IMG/VR virus record: IMGVR_UViG_3300040801_002123
Coordinates: 1-39,901 of that record
Reading direction: 5' to 3' (one strand)
Source: a virus
DNA: 39,901 nucleotides
Position 1 is the first letter of the stretch. The number at the start of each line of letters is the position of its first letter. Below are positions 8,072 through 14,620 of the stretch, in pieces. The translations under genes and the position numbers were made by a program. Below the pieces are notes generated by a model. That model searched no databases and was not told the DNA's origin. It saw only the letters and a list, made by a program, of their open reading frames with translations.

Positions 8072-8786
8072 CCGTCCTCTCCTTCTCCACTCGGTTGATC
8101 TTCCGCACCAGCGTCCGCTTGACGATGATCGTCTGCTGCAGCTCCTCGGGCAGGCGGTGGATCGTGTTGCGCCCCATCAACTCGCGGCGGTGCAGCAGCT
8201 CCAGGTTCTCCAGGCGCACGTCCGTCTTGTCGCCATTGATGAACGCCACCACATGCCCCGCGGGGATCGGCCCATGTGTCGCCTCCCAGACCAAGTGGTG
8301 CACGTTCCTCCAGTCCTTCGGCGGGTAGCCCGTCGCCGTCATCTTTCGCTGCCGGTAACCCTCCTTGGATATGCGCTCGCTACCGATCGGCGCGAACTTC
8401 GACCCCCGCTGCCCCTTCTGAAAGCGCGTCGCATGCCCGCCGATGTCGAGCCCCTTCTTGCCCTTGTTCCACGGTACATGCCCGGGCGTGAACTCCGACG
8501 CCGGCGAGCGCCGCTCCCCCTTACGGACATTGCCCGAATTAGCATCCAGGAACGCCTGCGATCGCCGTAACCCGAGCCGATGAGCCTTGCTGTGGATCGA
8601 GTGCACCGGCACCCCGAAGCGCGCAGTGAGCTCAGGCATCGGCGTGTCCGGATACAGCGCTGCGAGCTCGCGCTCCTCGGCCGCCGTCCACACCTTGCGC
8701 CGACGTCGCGCACCTGCCCGTGGGTTACTCAACCTCAGCGCCCGCAGGTGGCGGCGGCAACATCCCGCGTGCCTGCACCTCATCAA
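8055..8786 (-). CDS. HNH endonuclease with an N-terminal Myb/SANT-like DNA-binding segment. Start uncertain (TTG 8732 or GTG 8693 are possible).
   Basis: The motif NVHHLVWEATHGPIPAGHVVAFINGDKTDVRLENLELL is a typical phage HNH signature. The N-terminus contains WTAAEERELAALYPDTPMPELTARFG. Confidence 0.75.
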   Translation of the reverse strand: MMRCRHAGCCRRHLRALRLSNPRAGARRRRKVWTAAEERELAALYPDTPMPELTARFGVPVHSIHSKAHRLGLRRSQAFLDANSGNVRKGERRSPASEFTPGHVPWNKGKKGLDIGGHATRFQKGQRGSKFAPIGSERISKEGYRQRKMTATGYPPKDWRNVHHLVWEATHGPIPAGHVVAFINGDKTDVRLENLELLHRRELMGRNTIHRLPEELQQTIIVKRTLVRKINRVEKERTDEERG

Positions 8787-9030
8787 TCACCCGCCGACCC
8801 GAGGGCAGGAGTATGTGCGGCAGAAACGCCGAATCGAACGACAGCACGCCGATCTCGATGGCGGTCACCTGGCCCTTCACCCAGTCCCTCAGGATCGAGT
8901 AGACGGCCACAGAGCCGATCTCGAAGGCCCGCTTCTCGTGCGCGACACGAGTGCTCTTCCGGCGATGGTTCCACGGGTTCTCGCGCAGCCACGCCTCGGC
9001 ATAGCCGCGGGCCGAGCCCCGCAGGTCGAC
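8725..9030 (-). CDS. Downstream half of a TAG-interrupted ORF. The 40 codons from 9030 to 8911 are coding-like but contain no ATG/GTG/TTG. The first canonical start is GTG 8910.
   Basis: This is the same frame as ORF 9031-9183 and begins immediately after its TAG. Third-position G+C is about 35 of 40 in the start-less stretch. The sequence reads VDLRGSARGYAEAWLRENPWNHRRKSTRVAHEKRAFEIGS-VAVYSILRDWVKGQ... Confidence 0.55.
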   Translation of the reverse strand, partial: VDLRGSARGYAEAWLRENPWNHRRKSTRVAHEKRAFEIGSVAVYSILRDWVKGQVTAIEIGVLSFDSAFLPHILLPSGRRVIDEVQARGMLPPPPAGAEVE

Positions 9031-9183
9031 CTAACGGCCGTGGTGCTCGAATTGGACGAACACATCGCCGGTCTCGAAGTCCTCGCCCGACGAGAACTTC
9101 GCGCAACCGAAGGCGCGCAGCGTGTTCTGTATCTCGACCAGGGCGCGCTGGCCCGTAGTCGCGTTGGCGTAGGGGAGCGCCAT
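9031..9183 (-). CDS. Upstream half (50 aa) of the TAG-interrupted ORF.
   Basis: ATG 9183 overlaps the stop of the preceding ORF (TGATG). The product is MALPYANATTGQRALVEIQNTLRAFGCAKFSSGEDFETGDVFVQFEHHGR, ending at TAG 9031-9033. Confidence 0.6.
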   Translation of the reverse strand: MALPYANATTGQRALVEIQNTLRAFGCAKFSSGEDFETGDVFVQFEHHGR

Positions 9184-9452
9184 CAGTAGGGCTCCGCCTC
9201 GTCCGGGCCGCCCTCGCGCAGCCGCGCCAGCAGATCGGGGCGCGCCTTGATCACGCTGAGCGTCAGCACCTGACTCCGCAGGGGCCTGGCCGCGTGCTCG
9301 AGCAATACTTCTCCGTCGACGATCAGCTCCAGGTCCTCCTGGGAGCCCTGCAGGAGGACCAGCCCGTTCCAGGCCGATACCGCTCTGAAGGGCATAAGTT
9401 GGCCATCGACGCTCAGCTCGACGATCGGATGCAGTCTTGCGGTGATCTTCAT
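9183..9452 (-). CDS. Hypothetical early protein (89 aa).
   Basis: SD GGAGGG 6 nt upstream of ATG 9452. Coding-like codon usage. Confidence 0.65.
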   Translation of the reverse strand: MKITARLHPIVELSVDGQLMPFRAVSAWNGLVLLQGSQEDLELIVDGEVLLEHAARPLRSQVLTLSVIKARPDLLARLREGGPDEAEPY

Positions 9453-9499
9453 AGTCCACCCTCCGAGCGGTGGTCCATCGTCAGGTTGTGGCTGCGCAT
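9449..9499 (-). CDS. Candidate 16-codon leader mini-ORF (MRSHNLTMDHRSEGGL).
   Basis: AGGAGG lies 4 nt upstream of ATG 9499. Its TGA overlaps ATG 9452 of the next gene (ATGA). Confidence 0.3.
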   Translation of the reverse strand: MRSHNLTMDHRSEGGL

Positions 9500-9621
9500 T
9501 GAGCCTCCTAATTCAGGTCGTGTGCGGGAACGTCGGTGTAGACGATCAAAGCGAACCCAACCCGCTCGCCGGCGACGGTCTCCAAGGGGGATCGATAGGT
9601 GTTCAGTCATCACCACCCCCC

Positions 9622-9810
9622 TCAGCACGTCGACCGGGCCGCGGCGGCCTCGGCCTGGATGCGCTGGTACACCTCCTCGCGGTGCACCGGCACGTCAGCC
9701 GGGGCCTCGATGCCCAGGCGCACCTGGTTACCCCTCACCCCCAGCACGGTCACGGTGACCTCATCGCCCACCATCAGGCGCTCATTCGTCCTGCGCGTCA
9801 GTATCAGCAT
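9622..9810 (-). CDS. csrA: CsrA/RsmA-family post-transcriptional regulator (62 aa), translated from an internal start.
   Basis: [54 protein letters not shown] aligns by eye along its whole length with enterobacterial CsrA ([54 protein letters not shown]). AGGAGG lies 5 nt upstream of ATG 9810. Confidence 0.9.
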   Translation of the reverse strand: MLILTRRTNERLMVGDEVTVTVLGVRGNQVRLGIEAPADVPVHREEVYQRIQAEAAAARSTC

Positions 9811-10299
9811 CGTTCCTCCTGGTTCATCGTCCGTCGTATCGGTCTCTCCCGCCTCCATCAGCCGGCGGTAGTGCGCGCGCTCCAGCGTCAGCGACACGCC
9901 CGCCCCGAACACCTGCCGCAGGCCGTCCTGCAGGACCGTACCCTCGGAGCTCGACAGCAGCGCTGCCAGGGCCGGGTCCGCCGCCTGCATGCCCGCCCAC
10001 AGCTGGCGGCGCTTGCCCGCAGCCAGATCGCGCACCACCACCTCCGGGCGCACGCCGGCGTAGCTCAGCACCGCCGGTGGCACCTGCGAGGCGTCGTAGT
10101 CAGGATGCCACCAGCACAGCCGGTCGCGATCGCGAATAGGTGCCGGGCCTGCGCACGCAGGCGGGAGTAGCGCCCCCCGTGCCGAGTCCGCCCGGCTGCT
10201 GGCCCTGTGGGGGTCACCAGCCTCGTGCCCCGGGTTCGGCGACACGCCCGCAGCGACGCCCACCCGGGGCATGGAGTCTTGCCGCTGCGGCTCGCTCAT
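9622..10299 (-). CDS. 225-aa ORF consisting of an unknown N-terminal domain (about 163 aa) fused in frame to the CsrA domain.
   Basis: ATG 10299 overlaps the stop of the upstream gene (ATGA). There is no stop codon between it and csrA. Third-position G+C is coding-like throughout ([53 protein letters not shown]...). Confidence 0.6.
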   Translation of the reverse strand: MSEPQRQDSMPRVGVAAGVSPNPGHEAGDPHRASSRADSARGALLPPACAGPAPIRDRDRLCWWHPDYDASQVPPAVLSYAGVRPEVVVRDLAAGKRRQLWAGMQAADPALAALLSSSEGTVLQDGLRQVFGAGVSLTLERAHYRRLMEAGETDTTDDEPGGTMLILTRRTNERLMVGDEVTVTVLGVRGNQVRLGIEAPADVPVHREEVYQRIQAEAAAARSTC

Positions 10300-10562
10300 C
10301 CCTCTGCCGCCTCGCCCGGGAACAGCGGCGGCTGGTCCGCGTCGCGCGGCGGCGGCGTGCGCAGCTCGAGCTGCTCCAGCAGCTCGGCTGAGGCGGCCTC
10401 CAGGCGCAGGCGCACCTGCGCGCCGAGGGCATCGCGCAGCGTCAGCTCGCGCGAGTACAGCGCCTCGCCCACCTCGGGGTGCGGCGCCTTCAGTGCGCCC
10501 AGGCTCATCGCCTGCAGGCCCACCACGTGGACGTTCAGCCCGTTGCCGTGTGCCATGATCAT
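10296..10562 (-). CDS. Hypothetical early protein (88 aa).
   Basis: ATG 10562 overlaps the stop of the recombinase-like gene (ATGA). The N-terminal part of the listed 116-aa ORF was rejected. Confidence 0.6.
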   Translation of the reverse strand: MIMAHGNGLNVHVVGLQAMSLGALKAPHPEVGEALYSRELTLRDALGAQVRLRLEAASAELLEQLELRTPPPRDADQPPLFPGEAAEG

Positions 10563-11149
10563 GCCGAGCCCTCCTCCAGAGACAGCGCCACCTCCTCCTT
10601 CGTCGGCTGCGTGTAGATCGCCGTCGAGGAGCGGCTCGCATGACACAGCACCCGCTGCACCACCCGCAGCGGCTCACGGGCTGTCGAGTGCTCCAGCACC
10701 CGCTGCGCCAGCGTGTGCCGCCACCAGTGCGGCGAGCCCGCCGGCAGCCCCGCCTCATGCACCCAGTGCTGCATGCGCGCCTGCAGGCTGCGCACCGAGA
10801 GCCCGCGCCGGTGACGGCTCATGATCAGCGGCGCGTCCGGGTCCTGCGCATGGCCGAGCGCCCGGCGCACCCGGAGCAGATCCTGCAAGGCCACCCGGGC
10901 CCGGCGCGAGACCGGGACCTCATAGGCCCGAGCGCCCTTCGCGCGCGGCGGCCGCAGCACGCCCTCGCGGATCGCGTCCAGCGCGTCCTGCACCCGCAGC
11001 GAGGCCAGCGAGTCGACGCGGAGCCCGGTGTAGCGCAGCAGCCGCATCCAGGCGTGGTCGCGGGCGGCGATCGACCCCGTGCAGCGCGCCACCGTGCGCA
11101 GCAGCTGGCGCTCCTCGCCGGTGGTGAAGTAGCGGGCGAAGACGCTCAT
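10559..11149 (-). CDS. Catalytic-domain-only tyrosine recombinase (196 aa, no core-binding domain).
   Basis: All catalytic positions are recognisable: R ([10 protein letters not shown]), K ([14 protein letters not shown]), HxxR (SPHWWRHT), H ([10 protein letters not shown]) and Y (TAIYTQ). An in-frame stop upstream precludes a longer N-terminus. Confidence 0.75.
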   Translation of the reverse strand: MSVFARYFTTGEERQLLRTVARCTGSIAARDHAWMRLLRYTGLRVDSLASLRVQDALDAIREGVLRPPRAKGARAYEVPVSRRARVALQDLLRVRRALGHAQDPDAPLIMSRHRRGLSVRSLQARMQHWVHEAGLPAGSPHWWRHTLAQRVLEHSTAREPLRVVQRVLCHASRSSTAIYTQPTKEEVALSLEEGSA

Positions 11150-11397
11150 GCCTCCACCCCCCGCCCTGCCAGGGTCTCGGCGGCCTGCTCCAGATACGCG
11201 GCATCGGCCACGGTGCCGTGGCCGCGCTCCACGCGCCTGGCCACCTCGCGCAGCCCGTGGGCCAGGGCATGGTGGTAGCGCATCACATCACCCCACTCGG
11301 CCACCGAGGCCTGCGCCTGCGCCACCGCCTCGGCCTCCACCACCTCGCTCACGTCCTCACGGCAGCGCGGGCAGAGGTACTCCGTCGAGCCGCTCAT
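11146..11397 (-). CDS. Small protein (83 aa) with an N-terminal CPRC motif, translationally coupled to the recombinase-like gene.
   Basis: ATGA overlaps at both ends (11394-11397 and 11146-11149). The product begins MSGSTEYLCPRCREDVSEV... Confidence 0.6.
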   Translation of the reverse strand: MSGSTEYLCPRCREDVSEVVEAEAVAQAQASVAEWGDVMRYHHALAHGLREVARRVERGHGTVADAAYLEQAAETLAGRGVEA

Positions 11398-11681
11398 GAG
11401 CGCACCGCCTGCTCGGCCCGGGCCAGCATGTCCTTGGCCTCCTGGCTCATACCCCGGCGCCGGCCGATGCGCCGGAACTGGCGCACCGCCCGCGCCACCG
11501 GGTAGTCCTCGAGCGGACGCAGGGCCGGCTCCTCGGCGATGGGGCGCTGGCGCACCCGCACCCCGCCCTCCTCGATCGCCAGCAGATGCAGGCGCGAGCG
11601 ACCGCGCCGGCACAGCGCGGCGACGAAGCGCTGGCCGTCGTGCCAGCGCACCATCCGCGTGGTGTGGTCTCTCTCAGTCAT
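11394..11681 (-). CDS. Hypothetical early protein (95 aa).
   Basis: ORF with coding-like composition that fits the operon spacing. Confidence 0.55.
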   Translation of the reverse strand: MTERDHTTRMVRWHDGQRFVAALCRRGRSRLHLLAIEEGGVRVRQRPIAEEPALRPLEDYPVARAVRQFRRIGRRRGMSQEAKDMLARAEQAVRS

Positions 11682-11691
11682 GGCGTACCTC

Positions 11692-12132
11692 CTAATCGGC
11701 TTCGCCGTGGGTGTATGTCTCGGTCTCCGGCGCCACCAGACGTATGCCCGGCAGCACGGCTACGATCTCGATACGCACCGCCGTCACCGGGCGGTGCTGG
11801 ATGTCCTGCCCCGGCCCGCGCGGGGCCTCGGCGGTCCGCGCCACCGCCAGCGGGCAGAGCATCACGCCCGCCCAGGCGCAGGCGTCGATCCACATCCCTC
11901 CCGACAGGTGGTGCGTCACCTCCCGCGCCGGAGCGCGGGGGCTGAAGCGCAGCGCCGGCAGATAGCGCACCCCGTCGCTGCACAATCGCGGCGTCTGCGT
12001 GGCTAGCAGCGCCAGCCCGGGCCCCAGCCGCGCCGCTGCGCCCACCGGCAGCCAGCGCCGCACCGAGCCATAGGCCGCGCAGGCCCGTGGCCCGCGCGGG
12101 GCCAGCAGCTCGATGGGCTCTCCCCCGCTCAC
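11692..12132 (-). CDS. Hypothetical early protein (146 aa, GTG start).
   Basis: Strong third-position G+C bias when translated by hand. GTGA overlap with the upstream ORF. Confidence 0.6.
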   Translation of the reverse strand: MSGGEPIELLAPRGPRACAAYGSVRRWLPVGAAARLGPGLALLATQTPRLCSDGVRYLPALRFSPRAPAREVTHHLSGGMWIDACAWAGVMLCPLAVARTAEAPRGPGQDIQHRPVTAVRIEIVAVLPGIRLVAPETETYTHGEAD

Positions 12133-12398
12133 GCCTGCCCCTGCGCCCGCGCCGCGCGCAGGCGCAGCACGCGGATCACGCGGGCCATCTGCGCCACCAG
12201 CGCCGCGGCGATCGGCTCGGGCAGCTCAGCCAGCGCCTCGTCCGTCAGGCCCTCCAGCGTCTCCACGGCCGCCATCCACGCCGGCAGCTCCGTGAGCACC
12301 GCATCCGGGAGCGCGGATAGCGTGGAGAGGGCGCGCGCACAGTCCCGGGGCTGGGGTGAGCCCGGGCTAGCGGCGGGTGGTGCGAGTCGATCGTCCAT
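12129..12398 (-). CDS. Hypothetical early protein (89 aa).
   Basis: GGAGG upstream of ATG 12398. Coding-like codon usage. Confidence 0.55.
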   Translation of the reverse strand: MDDRLAPPAASPGSPQPRDCARALSTLSALPDAVLTELPAWMAAVETLEGLTDEALAELPEPIAAALVAQMARVIRVLRLRAARAQGQA

Positions 12399-12576
12399 CA
12401 GTGCCTCCCTGTCGTGTCATCGTCTCGGCGACCCGGCGCAGACACCGGGCCACTACCGGAATAGTCATGGCCCGGGCGAAATCGGCCTCCCGCACCCGGG
12501 GCACGCGCGCCCAGGCGGCGCGCAGCAGCGCCTCGTCATCGCCGGGATCGAGTCCGGGCAGGTGCTGCTGGCGCAT
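12367..12576 (-). CDS. Hypothetical early protein (69 aa).
   Basis: GGGAGGGGGG upstream of ATG 12576. Third-position G+C is high until the overlap with the next gene. Confidence 0.5.
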   Translation of the reverse strand: MRQQHLPGLDPGDDEALLRAAWARVPRVREADFARAMTIPVVARCLRRVAETMTRQGGTDGRSTRTTRR

Positions 12577-12790
12577 CGCCGCCCCCCTCCCGCCGCTCGG
12601 CCAGGCGCGCGAGGATCTCGCGGCCGAAATGCCCCATCACCAGCCCACCGGCGAGCCCCGCCCCGGGCGGCAGCGCGACGTCCGCGCCACGGATGCCGTG
12701 GCGCGCCAGCGCCGCGGGCACCGCCGTCGCCCGGCCGGAGCCTCCTAGCTCCGGCGGCCCGCTCTGGGCACTTGTCTCAGGCGTCCTCAC
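12536..12790 (-). CDS. Hypothetical early protein (up to 84 aa, start uncertain).
   Basis: The frame has high third-position G+C. The GTG start overlaps the end of the CII-like gene. Confidence 0.4.
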   Translation of the reverse strand: MRTPETSAQSGPPELGGSGRATAVPAALARHGIRGADVALPPGAGLAGGLVMGHFGREILARLAERREGGGDAPAAPARTRSRR

Positions 12791-13250
12791 AGAGCGCCTC
12801 CAAGCGGTTCAGCAGCTCGAGCTCGCGCTGCCAGTCCTCGAACATCTCCCGGCGGATCGCCGTCAGCTCCGCGGTCGTGATACGCCGATCGGCCAGGGCT
12901 CGCTGGATCTCCTTCGCCGTCTCGCCCACCTCGCGGTGGAACGCGGCGTAGGCGTTCAGCAGCTCCACATCGGAGGTGGCCGCGTAGTCGCCGACGGGCA
13001 CCGTCACGTGCCCGAGAGCGCGGGCCTCGGCGTAGAAGATTCGGTAATCCTGGGTCGCGTGCTGTAGCGCGATCGCTTCGTCCACCGTCAGGTGGTGCGA
13101 CTCCTGGAACGGGTTGACCTTGTTGCTGAGCGTGCCGGGGCGCATCGCCACCAGCGGGGCCAGGCGGGCCGCGCCGCCGGGGAAGTCGTGGACCACCTCA
13201 TACTTGGCCTGATCGACGTCCGATATCTCGTCGTATGCCGCCCGTCTCAT
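12777..13250 (-). CDS. Phage CII-type regulator (phage 186 CII / CP76 family).
   Basis: GGAARLAPLVAMRPGTLSNKVNPFQESHHLTVDEAIALQHATQDYRI parallels the 186 CII segment ...MAKLAERAGMNVQTLRNKLNPEQPHQFTPPELWLLTDLTED... ATG 13250 is preferred over the listed upstream Pro-rich start. Confidence 0.7.
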   Translation of the reverse strand: MRRAAYDEISDVDQAKYEVVHDFPGGAARLAPLVAMRPGTLSNKVNPFQESHHLTVDEAIALQHATQDYRIFYAEARALGHVTVPVGDYAATSDVELLNAYAAFHREVGETAKEIQRALADRRITTAELTAIRREMFEDWQRELELLNRLEALCEDA

Positions 13251-13412
13251 GTGAGCCCACCCTCTCCCTTCACGTTTCAAGGGCGGCGGCGGAGGCATAG
13301 GCTCGGGGCGGTATACTCAACCCCGAGGCCGACAATGGTGACCAAGCCAAGCAAGCCTCACGCCCCCTACCCGGGGCTTTGCGGCGCGGGGCCTGCCAGC
13401 CCTGCGCCACTC

Positions 13413-13453
13413 GCCGGCGGGGCTGCCACCCCGCCGGCCCTTTCTGCTCTCTA
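13413..13453 (+). terminator. Plus-strand-oriented GC hairpin: 10-bp stem, CTGCCA loop, followed by CCTTTCTGCTCTCT.
   Basis: The arms CCGGCGGGG (13414-13422) and CCCCGCCGG (13429-13437) are perfectly complementary. The pyrimidine/T-rich tail exists only on the plus strand. There is no plus-strand gene upstream. Confidence 0.45.
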
Positions 13454-13663
13454 TCCCGTCTGCTCCAGCTCGCCGGCCCCTGCCAGGGCCTCCTCGAGCA
13501 GCAGTGCGCCCTGGCGCGAGACCGAGCGCTGCTGCGCCCGGGCCAGGGCCTCCACCCGCGCCTTCGTGGCCGCGGGCACGCGGATCAACAAGGGGATCAG
13601 CGGGGCCGCCTCTGTGGCGGTAGTCACATTCTTTTCCGGGTTACCCATAGCCACCGCGCCCAT
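13451..13663 (-). CDS. Ribbon-helix-helix (CopG/Arc-like) regulator and positional Cro analogue. ATG 13648 is an alternative start.
   Basis: PLLIRVPAATKARVEALARAQQRSVSRQGALLLEEAL has the strand-helix-helix pattern. It is the first gene of the leftward operon and is divergent from the repressor. The rest of the listed 420-aa ORF was rejected. Confidence 0.65.
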   Translation of the reverse strand: MGAVAMGNPEKNVTTATEAAPLIPLLIRVPAATKARVEALARAQQRSVSRQGALLLEEALAGAGELEQTG

Positions 13664-13686
13664 CCAGTCCGATAATCTCCGGCCGA

Positions 13687-13715
13687 CCGATACAAAATGA
13701 ATCATTTTGTATCGG
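13687..13715. promoter_or_regulatory. 29-bp perfect palindrome CCGATACAAAATGA-A-TCATTTTGTATCGG. Candidate operator of the immunity switch.
   Basis: Read directly. It lies between the divergent RHH and repressor genes in the most AT-rich patch of that region. Confidence 0.7.
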
Positions 13716-13756
13716 TTCCAGATCTGGACGTTAGACCTATAAACGGGGCCCGTCAA

Positions 13757-14620
13757 GTGCCACCCTACTCCCCAGTCCGCGAGACCTCGATCGAGGAGCG
13801 CCTCCAGCGCGTCGCCTATGGGCGGGATATCCACCCCTGGCTCAAGGGCCTCGGGCTCTCCAGCGGCACCATCTCGCGCCTGCGCCACGGCCATCTGCCG
13901 GCACCTGAGCGTCTCGTCCCGATCGCCCGCACCGAGCGGGTCTCCCTCTCCTGGCTCATCGACGGCCGAGGCCCGCCCTTCCTGGTGCACCACTTCCAGG
14001 CGGCGAGTAGCCTGCGCCTGTTCCTCGATGAGCTGCTGGTCGAGGCGGGGGTCCATGCCTGCCTGGTCCATGCCGGGGAGCCCGGCTTCTGCGCGGCCGT
14101 CTTCATGTTGCCCGCGGAGCTGGTGCTCGGCGCGGACAAGGTGTTGCCCTACACGGTGGTCGAGGTGGTGGTGGGCCCGTTCGCGCGGGGCGTGCTCCCG
14201 GTCCCCGAGCGGGGCGAGGTCTATGCCGGCTTCGGCCTCCTGCAGGTGGCCCCCGACGTCCTGCGGCGCTTGGCGCGCGGGGCGATGGGCAATCCCGAGC
14301 TGCTCGCCCACATCGACGATGGCGCGCAGGTCTGCGCGCGCGAGGACTGGGAGGACCTGGTCGACCGGCTCTGCGCGCGCGCCCCGCGCGCCGTCGCCGA
14401 GCCGGCACCCCCCGCCTACACCGGGCAGCTCGATCTCGCCCTGCTCGAGCGCCTCGAGGTCGAGCTCGCCGAGCTCGCCCAGGCCCTCGCCCCAGCCCAG
14501 CGCGCCCGCGTCATCAGCCTGCTCTACGAGCACTACGCGCGCACGGGCGCGCCGGTCGACATCGATCACCTGCGCCGCTACGTCGCCCTGGCGGGCGGCG
14601 AGGGCGGCCCGCCCGCCTAG
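13757..14620 (+). CDS. CI-like repressor: N-terminal XRE-type HTH plus a long C-terminal domain of unknown type.
   Basis: IEERLQRVAYGRDIHPWLKGLGLSSGTISRLRHGHLPAPERLVPIARTERVSLSWLIDGRG. Codons 1-20 of the listed ORF (from ATG 13697) have only about 7 of 20 G/C at the third position and overlap the palindrome, so I prefer GTG 13757. Confidence 0.7.
   Translation: MPPYSPVRETSIEERLQRVAYGRDIHPWLKGLGLSSGTISRLRHGHLPAPERLVPIARTERVSLSWLIDGRGPPFLVHHFQAASSLRLFLDELLVEAGVHACLVHAGEPGFCAAVFMLPAELVLGADKVLPYTVVEVVVGPFARGVLPVPERGEVYAGFGLLQVAPDVLRRLARGAMGNPELLAHIDDGAQVCAREDWEDLVDRLCARAPRAVAEPAPPAYTGQLDLALLERLEVELAELAQALAPAQRARVISLLYEHYARTGAPVDIDHLRRYVALAGGEGGPPA

Noticed and set aside
6180-8570. 796-aa plus-strand ORF. 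Similar long plus-strand ORFs occur at 17783-20380, 28539-30098, 21336-22739, 16199-17416 and 31082-31840.
   Set aside because: These are antisense shadows of well-supported minus-strand genes (primase, J, capsid, tape measure and others). Their products are Arg/His/Leu/Pro/Gly-rich low-complexity strings with no motifs. High G+C suppresses stop codons in all frames.
9031-9033. Genome-wide reassignment of TAG as a sense codon.
   Set aside because: TAG ends several well-bounded genes here (serine recombinase at 843-845, RHH gene at 13451-13453, capsid fusion at 28092-28094). The long genes need no TAG readthrough. Only this one locus is anomalous.
13697-13756. ATG 13697 as the repressor start codon.
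   Set aside because: It lies inside the 29-bp palindrome and would leave only 33 bp between the divergent start codons. The first 20 codons have about 7 of 20 G/C at the third position, against mostly G/C afterwards. GTG 13757 is preferred.
14617-14620. Convergent 4-bp overlap (CTAG) of the repressor and tail-fibre-associated gene stops as a regulatory element.
   Set aside because: It is a palindromic coincidence of two TAG stops with no hairpin or other structure around it, so it is noted only as a lack of a terminator.
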